Source: Chloroflexota bacterium
GTDB taxonomy: Bacteria > Chloroflexota > Limnocylindria > Limnocylindrales > CSP1-4
Length of the DNA stretch: 50,601 nucleotides
Assembly: GCA_029240655.1 (NCBI GenBank)
Contig: JARDZW010000002.1
Span: forward strand, 1 to 50,601
Direction: 5' to 3'
Shown: piece after piece, positions 38,143-48,184 of the stretch
How positions within the stretch are numbered: the first letter of the stretch is position 1
How the letters are laid out: each line of letters opens with the position of its first letter
Notes under the pieces: model-generated
Databases searched by the model: none
What the model saw: the letters and a program-made list of their open reading frames with translations, nothing else
Told to the model about the DNA's origin: nothing
Program-made: the position numbers and the translations under genes

Positions 38143-38766
38143 ATGTCGATCATCATCGCTCGGACGGCGATCGTGGATCCGCGCGTCGAGCTTGGCGATG
38201 ACTCGGTCATCGAGGATTACGTCGTCCTCGGTTCGGGTACGGCGGCCGACGACGCGCCGCCGCTCCGAATCGGAGGAGGGGCCCGCATCCGATCCCACAC
38301 CGTGGTGTATCCCGCGAGCCGCATCGGCGATCGGTTCCAGACCGGCCACGGGGCGATGATCCGCGAGTCCAATACGATCGGCGACGATGTCAGCATCGGC
38401 ACGCATTCGATCGTGGAACACCACGTCGAGATCGGCGACCGGGTGCGCGTCCATTCCAACGCCTTCATCCCCGAATACTCGGTGATCGAGGATGGCGCCT
38501 GGATCGGGCCGTCCGTTACGTTCACCAATGCACGCTACCCGCTGGGCCGGGACGCCAAGGCCAGCCTGCGCGGCCCGGTCGTCCGGCGCGGCGCCAAGAT
38601 CGGTGCGAACGCGACCCTGTTGCCGGGCGTGATCATCGGCATCGACGCCCTGGTGGGTGCCGGAAGCGTGGTGGTCCACGACGTCCCGGACGGGGCGGTC
38701 GTGGTCGGGAACCCGGCCCGTACCGTCCGCCAGATCACCGACATCGAGGAGTATCGGGCGGGCTGA
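38143..38766 (+). CDS. Left-handed beta-helix sugar N-acetyltransferase (WbpD/WlbB-like)
   Basis: 207 aa with hexapeptide repeats. VRVHSNAFIPEYSVIEDGAWIGPSVTFTNARYP resembles the WlbB-type core. Confidence 0.85.
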   Translation: MSIIIARTAIVDPRVELGDDSVIEDYVVLGSGTAADDAPPLRIGGGARIRSHTVVYPASRIGDRFQTGHGAMIRESNTIGDDVSIGTHSIVEHHVEIGDRVRVHSNAFIPEYSVIEDGAWIGPSVTFTNARYPLGRDAKASLRGPVVRRGAKIGANATLLPGVIIGIDALVGAGSVVVHDVPDGAVVVGNPARTVRQITDIEEYRAG

Positions 38767-38792
38767 CGCCTGCCCCACTGAAAGGAGGACGC

Positions 38793-39893
38793 ATGCGGGT
38801 CGAGCTCGTTGACCTCGCCGCTCAGTACCAGTCCATCCGGGGCGAGATCGATGGCGCGATCCGGCGCATCCTCGACAACACCAGCTTCATCCTCGGCGAC
38901 GAGGTGCGCTCGTTCGAGGCGGCCTGGGCCCAGCACGTGGGGGCGGCCGGGGCCGTCGGGGTGAGCTCCGGCACAGCCGCGCTCGAGCTCTCGCTCCGGG
39001 CGCTGGACATCGGCCCGGGCGACGAGGTGATCACGACCGCGCACACGTTCATCGCGACGGCAGAGGCGATCACGAACGTCGGGGCCCGACCCGTCTTCGC
39101 CGACATCGACCCCGTGACGTACAACCTCGATCCGTCACACGTCGAGGATCTCATCACCGACCGGACACGGGCCATCATGCCCGTCCACCTCTACGGGCAG
39201 CCCGCCGATCTCGACGCCCTCATGGAGATCGCGGAGCGGCGGGGCCTGTGGGTCATCGAGGACGCCGCCCAAGCGCACGGAGCGGAGGTCGGTGGACGGC
39301 GCTGCGGCAGCATCGGCCACCTCGCCTGCTTCAGCTTCTACCCGGGCAAGAACCTCGGCGCCTACGGTGACGCCGGCGCGGTCACCGGCAATGATGGCGC
39401 GCTCCTCGATCGCATCCGCCGCATGCGCGATCACGGCCGGACGACGAAGTACGAGCACGTCGAGGTCGGGTACGCCGAGCGCATCGATGCGCTGCAGGCG
39501 GCGATCCTCGGCGCGAAGCTACCCCACCTCGAGGCATGGACCGAGGCCCGGCGGCGTCACGCCGACCGCTACGACGAGCTCCTGTCCGGCGCGGACGTGG
39601 TCATCCCGGCGGTGCGGGACGGCGTTCGCCACGTCTACCACCTCTACGTGGTGCGCTCCGAGCGACGGGACGCGCTCCTGGAGCACCTGAAGGCCGCAGA
39701 GGTGATGGCCGGCATCCATTACCCGATCCCGCTGCACCGCCAGCCGGCCTACGTGGCGCTCGGCTATGGCGACGTATCGCTGCCACACACGGAACGAGCC
39801 GCGGCCGAGGTCCTGTCGCTGCCCATCTACCCGGAGCTGCCCGACGACGCGCTGCGGTATGTCGCGGACACGGTCCGGGCCTTCCCGGCATGA
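38793..39893 (+). CDS. DegT/DnrJ/EryC1/StrS-family sugar aminotransferase (WbpE/WlbC-like)
   Basis: 366 aa. It shows GDEVITTAHTFIATAEAI, HLYGQPADLD, FSFYPGKNLGAYGDAGAV (PLP Lys) and RDHGR. Confidence 0.9.
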   Translation: MRVELVDLAAQYQSIRGEIDGAIRRILDNTSFILGDEVRSFEAAWAQHVGAAGAVGVSSGTAALELSLRALDIGPGDEVITTAHTFIATAEAITNVGARPVFADIDPVTYNLDPSHVEDLITDRTRAIMPVHLYGQPADLDALMEIAERRGLWVIEDAAQAHGAEVGGRRCGSIGHLACFSFYPGKNLGAYGDAGAVTGNDGALLDRIRRMRDHGRTTKYEHVEVGYAERIDALQAAILGAKLPHLEAWTEARRRHADRYDELLSGADVVIPAVRDGVRHVYHLYVVRSERRDALLEHLKAAEVMAGIHYPIPLHRQPAYVALGYGDVSLPHTERAAAEVLSLPIYPELPDDALRYVADTVRAFPA

Positions 39894-40912
39894 CCGTCCG
39901 CCTCGCCCAGGTCGGTCTCGGCTACTGGGGGCCCAATCTCGCCCGCAATCTGGCGCTCGTGAATGGCGGCGAGCTCGCGATGCTCTGCGACGCCGACCAG
40001 GGCCGCCTGGACCGGATGGCCCGCCAGCTGCCGGGTCCCCGCCTGGTGACGGACTTCGCCGACGTGCTCGCCGACGACACGATCGACGGGGTCGTGATCG
40101 CCACCCCGGTCGATACGCACTTCACGCTGGCCACGGCAGCGCTCGAGGCCGGCAAGCATGTCCTCGTCGAGAAGCCATTGGCCACCACGAGCGCCGATTG
40201 CGAGGCGCTCATCGCTTTGGCCGACGAAGGCGACCTCCGGCTGATGGTGGGCCACGTCTTCGTCTACAACCCGGCCGTCCGCCGGGTCAAGGAGCTCATC
40301 GACAGCGGCGAGCTGGGCGACGTCTACTACATCTACTCGCAACGGCTGAACCTCGGCCAGGTTCGCCACGATGTCAACGCGCTGTGGAACTTCGCCCCGC
40401 ACGACGTCTCGATCCTGTGCGACTGGCTCGATGCGGAGCCGACGGAGGTCACGGCGCGCGGCTTCTCGTACGTCCAGCCCGGGATCGAAGACGTCGTCTT
40501 CATGACGATGGGCTTCCCGGGCGGGGTGGGCGCTAACGTCCACATCAGCTGGCTCGACCCGCTCAAGGTCCGCAGGATGACGGTCGTCGGGAGCGAGAAG
40601 ATGGTCGTCTACGACGACGTCAGCGCGGACGCCAAGATCACGGTATACGACCGCGGCGTCACCAAGCTCTTGGTCGATAAGTCCGAGGCGACGCTCGGTA
40701 GCTACCGCACGTTCGGTGAGTTCCAGCTCTTGCTGCGGGCGGGCGACGTGCTCATCCCCAAGCTGGAGTTCATCGAGCCGCTCAAGATCGAGTGCCAGCA
40801 TTTCGTCGACTGCATCAGGACCGGGGAAACACCACGATCCGATGGGCGCGCGGGACTTCGCGTGGTCCGGACCCTCGAAGCCGCCCAGCGATCGATGATG
40901 ACGACGGGCTGA
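39890..40912 (+). CDS. Gfo/Idh/MocA-family NAD-dependent sugar oxidoreductase (WbpB/WlbA-like)
   Basis: The ATG at 39890 overlaps the previous stop (ATGA). It shows VRLAQVGLGYWGPNLARN (Rossmann) and EKPLATT. Confidence 0.85.
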   Translation: MTVRLAQVGLGYWGPNLARNLALVNGGELAMLCDADQGRLDRMARQLPGPRLVTDFADVLADDTIDGVVIATPVDTHFTLATAALEAGKHVLVEKPLATTSADCEALIALADEGDLRLMVGHVFVYNPAVRRVKELIDSGELGDVYYIYSQRLNLGQVRHDVNALWNFAPHDVSILCDWLDAEPTEVTARGFSYVQPGIEDVVFMTMGFPGGVGANVHISWLDPLKVRRMTVVGSEKMVVYDDVSADAKITVYDRGVTKLLVDKSEATLGSYRTFGEFQLLLRAGDVLIPKLEFIEPLKIECQHFVDCIRTGETPRSDGRAGLRVVRTLEAAQRSMMTTG

Positions 40913-43900
40913 TGGCGGACGCCGCCGCTCAAGATCTCCCCACCGCGGTCGCCTCGCCAACGATCGAGGAAACGAGAGGCTCGGATCGACTCCAGGGTCG
41001 GATCGCGCCCTTCCAGGCGGGGACGGCGTATGTCATCGCCATCGTCGCGGTTTACGTCTTGCTCATCGCCCCACGGATGTCGAGCTCGGGCCTCGTTGAT
41101 CGCCTCGACCGCGATGGCTCGTTCCTCGTCGCCTGCCTGCTGGCGATCGCCCCGACACCGTGGCTGGCGGTCGCCGCGCGGCGCCCCTCGGACGCGGCGC
41201 TATGGGTTCTGTATGTCGCGGCGTACGTCCCGGGAATCATCGTCCCGGCATTCGTCCTTGGTACCGGCTGGGTGCTGTTGCCGCTCTGGCTGACGCTCGC
41301 CATCTCATTCGCCGGTGTCATATCCGTCGTTGGGCACGTGCGACTCCGCCTGCCCGGGCCGACACTTCCGTCCGCTCGATATGGCATGTTGTTGGCGGTG
41401 CTCGGCCTCGCGGGATCCGCCGGGATCGCCTTCTTCTTCGGGGTTCCCACGAGCATCCCGGGGCTGGACCAGATCTTCGGCACCCGGAGCGACTACCGAG
41501 ACGAGCTCGCGGAGGCCGGGCGACTGGCCGGGTACGCGGTCTGGTGGACCGGAGGTGTCGTCGCCCCCCTCTTGCTCGCTTACGGGGTCTGGTCCCGACG
41601 GCCGGCCTTCATCGTCGGCGGCGTCCTGGCGCTGAGTTTCGTTTACGCGACGACGGCATTCCGAAGCATGTTGTTCCTGCTGCCGCTCGTCGTGGCCGTG
41701 CTCGTCTTGGTGGGTCGCCAGCGCGACCGCTTCGGCGTTTGGTTCGCGTGGGCGACGACCTTCCTGGTCGTGGGCACTGCCATCGTCGCGGCCCTTGGCT
41801 GGATCTTCCCCGCGTCGATGCTGGTGCGGCGCGCCATCGCCGTCCCGGGACAGATTCTCGCCTACTACTACGAATTCTTCTCGCGCGAGCCACCGTACCT
41901 GCTTTCGCACAGCGTCCTCGAGGGACTTACACCGCAGCCGTTCGTCGAGACTCCACCGGCGCTGATCGGCCTGCGCTACTTCGAGGATCCGTTCGTGAAC
42001 GCGAACGGCAACCTGTGGGCCGATGGCATCGCGAACTTCGGTCTCGCAGGTATCGTGGTCGCATCCGTCGTGCTCGCCGTCGTGCTCATCGGGCTGGACG
42101 CCGTGTCTGTCGCCAAACCCCCGCTCATCACCATCACGGTGGTTGCGGTCGGCGTGTGGGGCCTCACCAACTCCGGGGCGCTCACGACCCTGTTGACGCA
42201 TGGGCTGCTCCTCACCGGGGTACTCCTTTGGCTGCTCCCGACGGAGCGGACGCAACATCGGCGCCGGCCCGGTCCGTGGCGTGTCGTCCACGTCTCGACC
42301 GTCCACCGGAGCGACGATCCGCGGATCCTGCGCAAGGAGTGCCAGACGCTCGCGGAGGCCGGCTACTCCGTGACATTCATCGGACAAGGTCTTCCGCCGA
42401 TCGACCTCGGGGACGTGGCCTTCGTGTCGATCGGCGAGGTGCAGCATCGCCTCGCCCGGATCGTCATCATGCCGATGCGGGTCGTGCGGGCGGTCTGGCG
42501 GATCCGCCCGGACCTGGTGCACCTGCACGACCCGGAACTATTGGTGGTCGGCGCGCTGTTCAGGATCCTGGGCATGCGGGTCGTCTACGACGCGCACGAG
42601 GATCTTCCGAGTCAGGTGGCCTACAAGCCGTATCTCCCACCCTGGGCCCGGCCACTGATTTCGCAGGCCGCGCGGATCGGCATCCTTGTCGCCGGACGGA
42701 TGGTTAGCGGCGTCGTTGCCGCGACACCGCATGTCGCCCGCAGGTTTCCGGCTGATCAGACGGTCGTGGTCCAGAACTTTCCGCTGCGCCGCGAGTTTGC
42801 CGATCTCGAGCCGATGCGGTACGCGGAGCGGCCGATGACCGTCGCCTACGTCGGGCGAGTAACCGAGGCCGTAGGTGGGTTGGTGATGGCCGACGCGGTC
42901 CGGGGGCTGCGCCACCGACCCCATCTCCGCGTCGTCATCGCCGGCCCGATGGACGGGGCGGTGAGCGCCGCGGTCGCCTCGGTCGCCGAACCGGCCGGCG
43001 CCGGCGCACCGGCCATCGAGGCACCCGGTTGGCTGGACCGCTCCGAGGTCATCGGCCTGCTGGGGGCGACTCGGGTGGGCCTCGTGGTCTTCCAGCCCGT
43101 CGAGAACTACATCGATGCGCAGCCAACCAAACTGTTCGAGTACCTCGCGAGCGGCGTCCCGGTCGTCGCATCCGACTTCCCGGTGTGGCGGGAGATCGTT
43201 GGCGCGGTCGATGCCGGCTTGCTCGTCGATCCGACGGATCCGGCGGCGGTCGCCGCCGCGATCGACGCCCTGCTCGACGATCCGGAACGCGCAGAGGCGA
43301 TGGGCCGACGCGGTCGAGCGGCCGTGCTCGAGCGGTACATGTGGGACGACCAAGGAGCGCGGCTCGTCGCGCTGTACCGGCGCCTGATGCCGAGTCCACC
43401 GGTCCCGGAGAGATCGTCAGACGGGAGGAGCTTGGCCGGGGAAGGCGACCGAATTACGACGGGTGACGCCGAGCATGCCCTGCAGCGCACCGACCTGCGC
43501 CTACTCCTGGTGACCAGCCTCTACCCGACGTCGGACCGACCGGATGTGGGGCCGTTCGTCGAAGGGCGCGTCAGGAGTGCCCGAGCGACCGGAACGACGA
43601 TGCGGGTCGTCGCGGCGACGAGCTACCGCGGTCCGGTGGTCATCCGCTACCTCCAACTGGCCTGGGCCGCATGCACGGCTCGGGGTCGATTCGACGGGGT
43701 CGAGACGCACGTCTTCTTCCCGACCGGGCTGATCGGAATGGTGGCGGCTCGCCTGCGGTCCCTTCCGCACGTCGTATACGCGCATGGGACCGATCTCGCG
43801 GTCTCAGCGCAGCGGTCGTGGCTCCGTCGACGGCTCGCCCGCCTCGTGGCTCGGTCGGCGTCGCGTGTCGTCGCGAACTCCGAGCACACAGCCGCGATGG

Positions 43901-44517
43901 TCCGGCGGCTCGGCATCGAACCGCTGATCGTTTCGCCGGGCGTAGACACCGCTCGATTCCAACCTGGCGACCGGCGTGCCGCCCGGGACGCGACCGGCCT
44001 GCCGCAGGACGCACGCGTCGCGCTGTTCTGTGGCCGGATGATCGCGTTGAAGGGTGCCGAGACATTCGCCCAGGCATTGGCCGACCTCGACGGGTGGCTC
44101 GGCGTGATGGTCGGCAGCGGTGAGCTCGCGCCCGTCATCGCGCAGCGGTACCCAGGGATCCGCCTGGTCGGCGGTGTGCCGTACGACGCGGTGCCGGACT
44201 GGATTCGAAGCGCTGACGTGGTCGTCGTACCCTCGCGCCGTGAGTCGCTCGGGCTGGTCGCGATCGAGGCGCTCGCAGCCGGTGTCCCGGTGATCGCGAG
44301 CCGCGTCGGCGGCCTGCCCGAGTCCGTCCAGGATGGCCGAACCGGAATCCTCATCCCGTCTGGCGATCCCGGAGCGATCGTCGCTGCCCTGCGATCGCTC
44401 GAAGACGTCGAGCGACGGGAGGGCTTCGCTGCCGCGGCGCCGGCCAGCATCGCCCGCCATTCTCTCGATCAGTCGACCAAAGCGATGGACGCGATCTGGA
44501 GCTCCCTGGTCCCCTGA
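40912..44517 (+). CDS. Three-module fusion: a ~440-aa polytopic Wzy-like membrane domain followed by two GT4 glycosyltransferase domains
   Basis: The ATG at 40912 overlaps the previous TGA by 1 nt. Residues 1-~440 contain more than 10 TM helices. GT domain 1 runs about 42276-43400 (WRVVHVSTVHRSDDPRILRKE..., HLHDPELL, DAHEDLP, QPTKLFEYLASGVPVVASD). GT domain 2 runs about 43500-44517 (LRLLLVTSLYP..., ESLGLVAIEALAAGVPVIASRVGGLPE, an EX7E motif). There is no stop and no in-frame ATG/GTG/TTG at either junction. Confidence 0.75.
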   Translation: MADAAAQDLPTAVASPTIEETRGSDRLQGRIAPFQAGTAYVIAIVAVYVLLIAPRMSSSGLVDRLDRDGSFLVACLLAIAPTPWLAVAARRPSDAALWVLYVAAYVPGIIVPAFVLGTGWVLLPLWLTLAISFAGVISVVGHVRLRLPGPTLPSARYGMLLAVLGLAGSAGIAFFFGVPTSIPGLDQIFGTRSDYRDELAEAGRLAGYAVWWTGGVVAPLLLAYGVWSRRPAFIVGGVLALSFVYATTAFRSMLFLLPLVVAVLVLVGRQRDRFGVWFAWATTFLVVGTAIVAALGWIFPASMLVRRAIAVPGQILAYYYEFFSREPPYLLSHSVLEGLTPQPFVETPPALIGLRYFEDPFVNANGNLWADGIANFGLAGIVVASVVLAVVLIGLDAVSVAKPPLITITVVAVGVWGLTNSGALTTLLTHGLLLTGVLLWLLPTERTQHRRRPGPWRVVHVSTVHRSDDPRILRKECQTLAEAGYSVTFIGQGLPPIDLGDVAFVSIGEVQHRLARIVIMPMRVVRAVWRIRPDLVHLHDPELLVVGALFRILGMRVVYDAHEDLPSQVAYKPYLPPWARPLISQAARIGILVAGRMVSGVVAATPHVARRFPADQTVVVQNFPLRREFADLEPMRYAERPMTVAYVGRVTEAVGGLVMADAVRGLRHRPHLRVVIAGPMDGAVSAAVASVAEPAGAGAPAIEAPGWLDRSEVIGLLGATRVGLVVFQPVENYIDAQPTKLFEYLASGVPVVASDFPVWREIVGAVDAGLLVDPTDPAAVAAAIDALLDDPERAEAMGRRGRAAVLERYMWDDQGARLVALYRRLMPSPPVPERSSDGRSLAGEGDRITTGDAEHALQRTDLRLLLVTSLYPTSDRPDVGPFVEGRVRSARATGTTMRVVAATSYRGPVVIRYLQLAWAACTARGRFDGVETHVFFPTGLIGMVAARLRSLPHVVYAHGTDLAVSAQRSWLRRRLARLVARSASRVVANSEHTAAMVRRLGIEPLIVSPGVDTARFQPGDRRAARDATGLPQDARVALFCGRMIALKGAETFAQALADLDGWLGVMVGSGELAPVIAQRYPGIRLVGGVPYDAVPDWIRSADVVVVPSRRESLGLVAIEALAAGVPVIASRVGGLPESVQDGRTGILIPSGDPGAIVAALRSLEDVERREGFAAAAPASIARHSLDQSTKAMDAIWSSLVP

Positions 44518-44771
44518 TCCGGCGCCGTAGACCTGGCACCGGTGCTTCCTGCGAATGATCGCTCCGATCAGAACACGAACGGCGGCAGCACCACCGAGAG
44601 CAGCACCAGCGAGCCAGAGGCCGGGGCGCGGCGTCGGTTCCATGAGGGCATGGGCGAGTAGCCTCGCGTTTCCCTTCGTCCCTGCGCACACTATCGTCCG
44701 CACTACGATGGTTGAACCGATCGCTCGAATGGCCGGCCCGGGCCGGCGCCAAACGCTGTGAACCGGCGCTG

Positions 44772-46280
44772 ATGCCGGCGCCACGGGCACCGTTCCGTAC
44801 CCGCGCACTTGTGGCGAGGATCCCGCGCGTCGGACGCGACTCGGCCGTTCTCGCACCAAGCTACGTCGTTCCCGGCCTGGCGTCGCTCGTCTCCATCCCC
44901 TTCCTGTTCGCGACCCTCGGCCCGGCCCAGTATGGGATCCTCGCCTTGATCCTCGCGATCGCCAATGGTGTGCCGCAGCTGACGACGGGCTGGCTCGAGG
45001 CAGTCGTCGTGCGGTTCGCCCACCGGCCCGAATTCCACATGCCCCTCCGAGGCGTCGTAGCCGCTTTGCTGGGGTCGTGCCTGGTGGGTGGCGTCCTGTC
45101 GGCCATCTTCATCCCGACGGCGGAGGTCGGTGTGGCCGTTTCCACGGCCATCTTGACCGGCACCATCGGTGCCTATCTAGTCTCGACAGCGCGCCTGCTG
45201 GCGATGCTCCGTTTCGGCGCAGTCAGTGGTGGGGCGGTCGTGCGCGCGGTCGTCGGTGCGGTCGGAGCGGTCGCTCTGGCGATCGCCTTCGGGACCGCCG
45301 TGGCCGCGGCTGTCGGGTTCGCGGTCGGGTTCGGCGTCGGGACCGCCGTGCTCGTCATGGCGGCGTCGAAGCCCGCGAAGACCGGCGTCGCGTTCCCGGC
45401 GGAAGACCGCGCCAAGGATGAGCCGCGGGGTGGGTCCCGGCGCGACATCACCGGATACGGTTTCGGCTCCCTGGCCGCGGCGGGTTCCCTGTACCTGCTG
45501 TCCGTGAGCGACCGCTTCGTGTTGTCGAGTCTTCGCCCGCTCGACGAAGTCGGTATCTACGCGGCGACGTACGGGATCGTCGACCTGGTGTTTCGGCTCG
45601 TCCCATCCGTTCTCTTTGTCGTCGTCCGGCCGCGGGTGTTTCGCGCATGGGATCGGGGCGACACGCCCCGCGTGTACTCGTTGGTGGTCCTCGCAGCGGA
45701 CGTGCTCGGCTGGATCATGGCGTTGCTGTCGATCGGCGTGATCCTCGTCGCGACGATCGGTGACTTCCTGCCGATCGACCCGCGGCTGGGCGGTCCGATC
45801 GCCATCGGGCTCGCAGCCTTCGTAGCATCGTCGACCTTCGCCCTGGTCTACGGCGCCGGGCTTCGTCAAGGTCGTTTGGCCGTGCACCTGGCCCTCGCGG
45901 CGGCGCTGAACATCGGACTCAACCTCGTCGTCGTTCGGAGCCTGGGCGCGTACGGTGCCGCCGCGGCCACGGCGATCAGCTACGGTGCCCTGCTGGCGAT
46001 GAACCTGTGGGCGCTCCGAGGGATCGTGCGATCCTCGGATGGCAGCGGCCTACGAGTCTGGGCCGTCTGCTTCCTTGCCACCGTCGCCCACGGCGTCGTC
46101 GCAGGCACCGACCTGTGGCCCGCCGCTGCCGTCATCTCCACGCTCATCGTGGTCGCCGTGTCACCACACTTGGTGCGGCTGGTGCGTGCCTACATCCTGT
46201 CCCGTGCGACCGAGGCGTCGGCGGCCCGCCAGGTCGCGGCCGAACGGCTGGCCGATGCGTCAGAGCGGCCGATGGAATAG
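44772..46280 (+). CDS. Wzx-type (MOP superfamily) polysaccharide flippase, copy 2
   Basis: About 12-14 TM helices, with LFATLGPAQYGILALILAIANGVPQL. ATG at 44772 (the track's TTG at 44712 is also possible). Confidence 0.7.
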   Translation: MPAPRAPFRTRALVARIPRVGRDSAVLAPSYVVPGLASLVSIPFLFATLGPAQYGILALILAIANGVPQLTTGWLEAVVVRFAHRPEFHMPLRGVVAALLGSCLVGGVLSAIFIPTAEVGVAVSTAILTGTIGAYLVSTARLLAMLRFGAVSGGAVVRAVVGAVGAVALAIAFGTAVAAAVGFAVGFGVGTAVLVMAASKPAKTGVAFPAEDRAKDEPRGGSRRDITGYGFGSLAAAGSLYLLSVSDRFVLSSLRPLDEVGIYAATYGIVDLVFRLVPSVLFVVVRPRVFRAWDRGDTPRVYSLVVLAADVLGWIMALLSIGVILVATIGDFLPIDPRLGGPIAIGLAAFVASSTFALVYGAGLRQGRLAVHLALAAALNIGLNLVVVRSLGAYGAAAATAISYGALLAMNLWALRGIVRSSDGSGLRVWAVCFLATVAHGVVAGTDLWPAAAVISTLIVVAVSPHLVRLVRAYILSRATEASAARQVAAERLADASERPME

Positions 46281-46287
46281 GGCGAGC

Positions 46288-47991
46288 TCACGGACGGCGC
46301 GGCACCTGCGCGAATCGATCGCCCGACCCTCCATCGATCGTGACCGGGCCGGCGACCGCGGCTGGCCGGGCGACGAGCATGCCCATGGCCAGGGCCCAGT
46401 ACAGGCTCGCATAGGTCAGGCCGCCCAGCAGGAGCGTCTCCAGGGACTGCCCGACGAAGATCGCGGCCGTCGCCGCGATGAGGGCCCACATCGACGGCTC
46501 CAGCAGACGCCCATCGACAGACCGATGGCGCAGAACGGTCCAGGCGGTAGCGGCGACGATGCCCAGCATTGCCACGAGCCCGATGACGCCCATCTCGAGA
46601 GCCGTTCGCAGCCACGTGCTGTGCGACGTCAGACCACGATAATAGATATTCGCGCCCGTCAGGAACGGTGCCAGAGCCTCGGCATTCGTGCCGGGCCCGT
46701 GGCCCGTCAGGGGCCGCTCCAAGATCGCCTCCAGGCTGGCTGCCCAGATGACGCCCCGGCTGCTGGAATCCGCCCCGCCGCGAACCGCGGTCGGGGGCGG
46801 TTGGGGTGTCGCGCTACTAGAGCCCGGTGGCGGGGGGAGCACTACGCCGCTCACGATGTCCTCTTCCGTGGTTCCCGCCGCGACATCGCCGTAACGTGCC
46901 TTGGCGAGGTCGTACCTCGCCTCGGCGCCGATCGTGTTCGTCAGCAGCGCCCCCAGCGTCAAGCCCAGGACGACGAACGCGCCGAGGGCGGCACCGTCCA
47001 CGAATGCCCGACGCGGCATGCCGGATGCGCCCGACATGGCGCGCTCGGCGACGATCGCCGCGAACGTGAGCGCGCCAACGATCGCCACGAGCCAACCAGT
47101 GCGAGCCATCGTCATGAGGATGGCCAGGACGATCAACGCGATCCCCACCAACAGGGCGCGACGAGTTCGGGGGCCGACCATCCGTCGGATGGCCAGCAGC
47201 GAGAACAACGCGATCGACAGATTGAACGCCTGAGACCCCGGGACCGTGTACGGCCCAGAGGCGCGTGGGATGACCAGACCTGTCAGGACTTCACGGATGC
47301 GAAGCTCCGTGACCAGGTAGATGCCCAGAGAGTGATCGAACGCTGGAACAGGGCCGAGGAGCCACAGCGCGATGCTCGCCATGGCCAGCACAACGCCGAT
47401 GATCCCGGCGGTCGCCGCGAAGGCGAATCGAGCCGTCGCCGTCTTCAGCAGCGTGGGTGACGCGATAAATGCGATTCCGAGCGAGAGGACGATCCCGCCG
47501 AAATACGTCAGGCTCAGCCGCTGATCGGTCGACGTGATCGTCGAGATCCCTGCCGCGGCCGCGTACGCAACCAGCAGGATCGCCACGCCCCGCACCGGTA
47601 TCTGCAGCCGGTCGCCCCGATAGAGGCAGTATCCAAGGGTCCCGACGCTGGTCGCGATACAGATCAGCGTTGGCATATACCGATACCCGGCGGGGACGAT
47701 CGGTGACCCGATCAATGCGGCGGTGAACAGGAGAGCCAGGATCGGGGCCTCGGGCCGCCAACGACCGAACACGACGGCACCGAACGCCGCGAGCACCGCC
47801 GCGAACAGGATCGTCGGTACCGATCCGAGAGGGACAGCCAACCAAGTCGTGAAGACCGCCGCAGCGGCCAAGCTCGCTCCGCCAAGGACCATCACTGCGG
47901 CCGAGCGCCCTTCGATCGCTGCGGCAGGCTGAAGGTCACGTACGGCGAACCATCGGGAAGACCAATCGACCGACGGTGAGGAGTCGAGCAA
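46288..47991 (-). CDS. O-antigen ligase/polymerase family membrane protein (Wzy_C domain)
   Basis: Polytopic. A periplasmic-type loop is followed by SSRGVIWAASLEAILERPLTGHGPG...LTSHSTWLRTALEMGVIGLVAMLGIV, the Wzy_C signature. TTG start at 47991, so the exact start is uncertain. Confidence 0.75.
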   Translation of the reverse strand: MLDSSPSVDWSSRWFAVRDLQPAAAIEGRSAAVMVLGGASLAAAAVFTTWLAVPLGSVPTILFAAVLAAFGAVVFGRWRPEAPILALLFTAALIGSPIVPAGYRYMPTLICIATSVGTLGYCLYRGDRLQIPVRGVAILLVAYAAAAGISTITSTDQRLSLTYFGGIVLSLGIAFIASPTLLKTATARFAFAATAGIIGVVLAMASIALWLLGPVPAFDHSLGIYLVTELRIREVLTGLVIPRASGPYTVPGSQAFNLSIALFSLLAIRRMVGPRTRRALLVGIALIVLAILMTMARTGWLVAIVGALTFAAIVAERAMSGASGMPRRAFVDGAALGAFVVLGLTLGALLTNTIGAEARYDLAKARYGDVAAGTTEEDIVSGVVLPPPPGSSSATPQPPPTAVRGGADSSSRGVIWAASLEAILERPLTGHGPGTNAEALAPFLTGANIYYRGLTSHSTWLRTALEMGVIGLVAMLGIVAATAWTVLRHRSVDGRLLEPSMWALIAATAAIFVGQSLETLLLGGLTYASLYWALAMGMLVARPAAVAGPVTIDGGSGDRFAQVPRRP

Positions 47992-48184
47992 TCGGTGCTT
48001 GATGGCGATCCACCGTAACTACAGACGAGCGTGAGCGCGGCGATTATCGCAGGGTCTCGTTTCGTCTGCGGCATGCCGACGATGGGTTCGCATCCGCCCG
48101 AGCAACCATGACTCCGGACTTCCGACCGTCCCCTCGTCGGTCGTGCCGATCATGCCCATCGGAACGTTCTGCTACCCTCCGGCC

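Noticed and set aside
44518-44771. Minus-strand ATG at 44643 opening a TM-like peptide (MEPTPRPGLWLAGAALGGAAAVRVLIGAIIRRKHR...) in the 254-nt gap before the second flippase.
   Set aside because: The frame has no stop for about 280 codons and runs antisense through the glycosyltransferase fusion gene. It is most likely a chance open frame. The gap more probably holds the flippase promoter.
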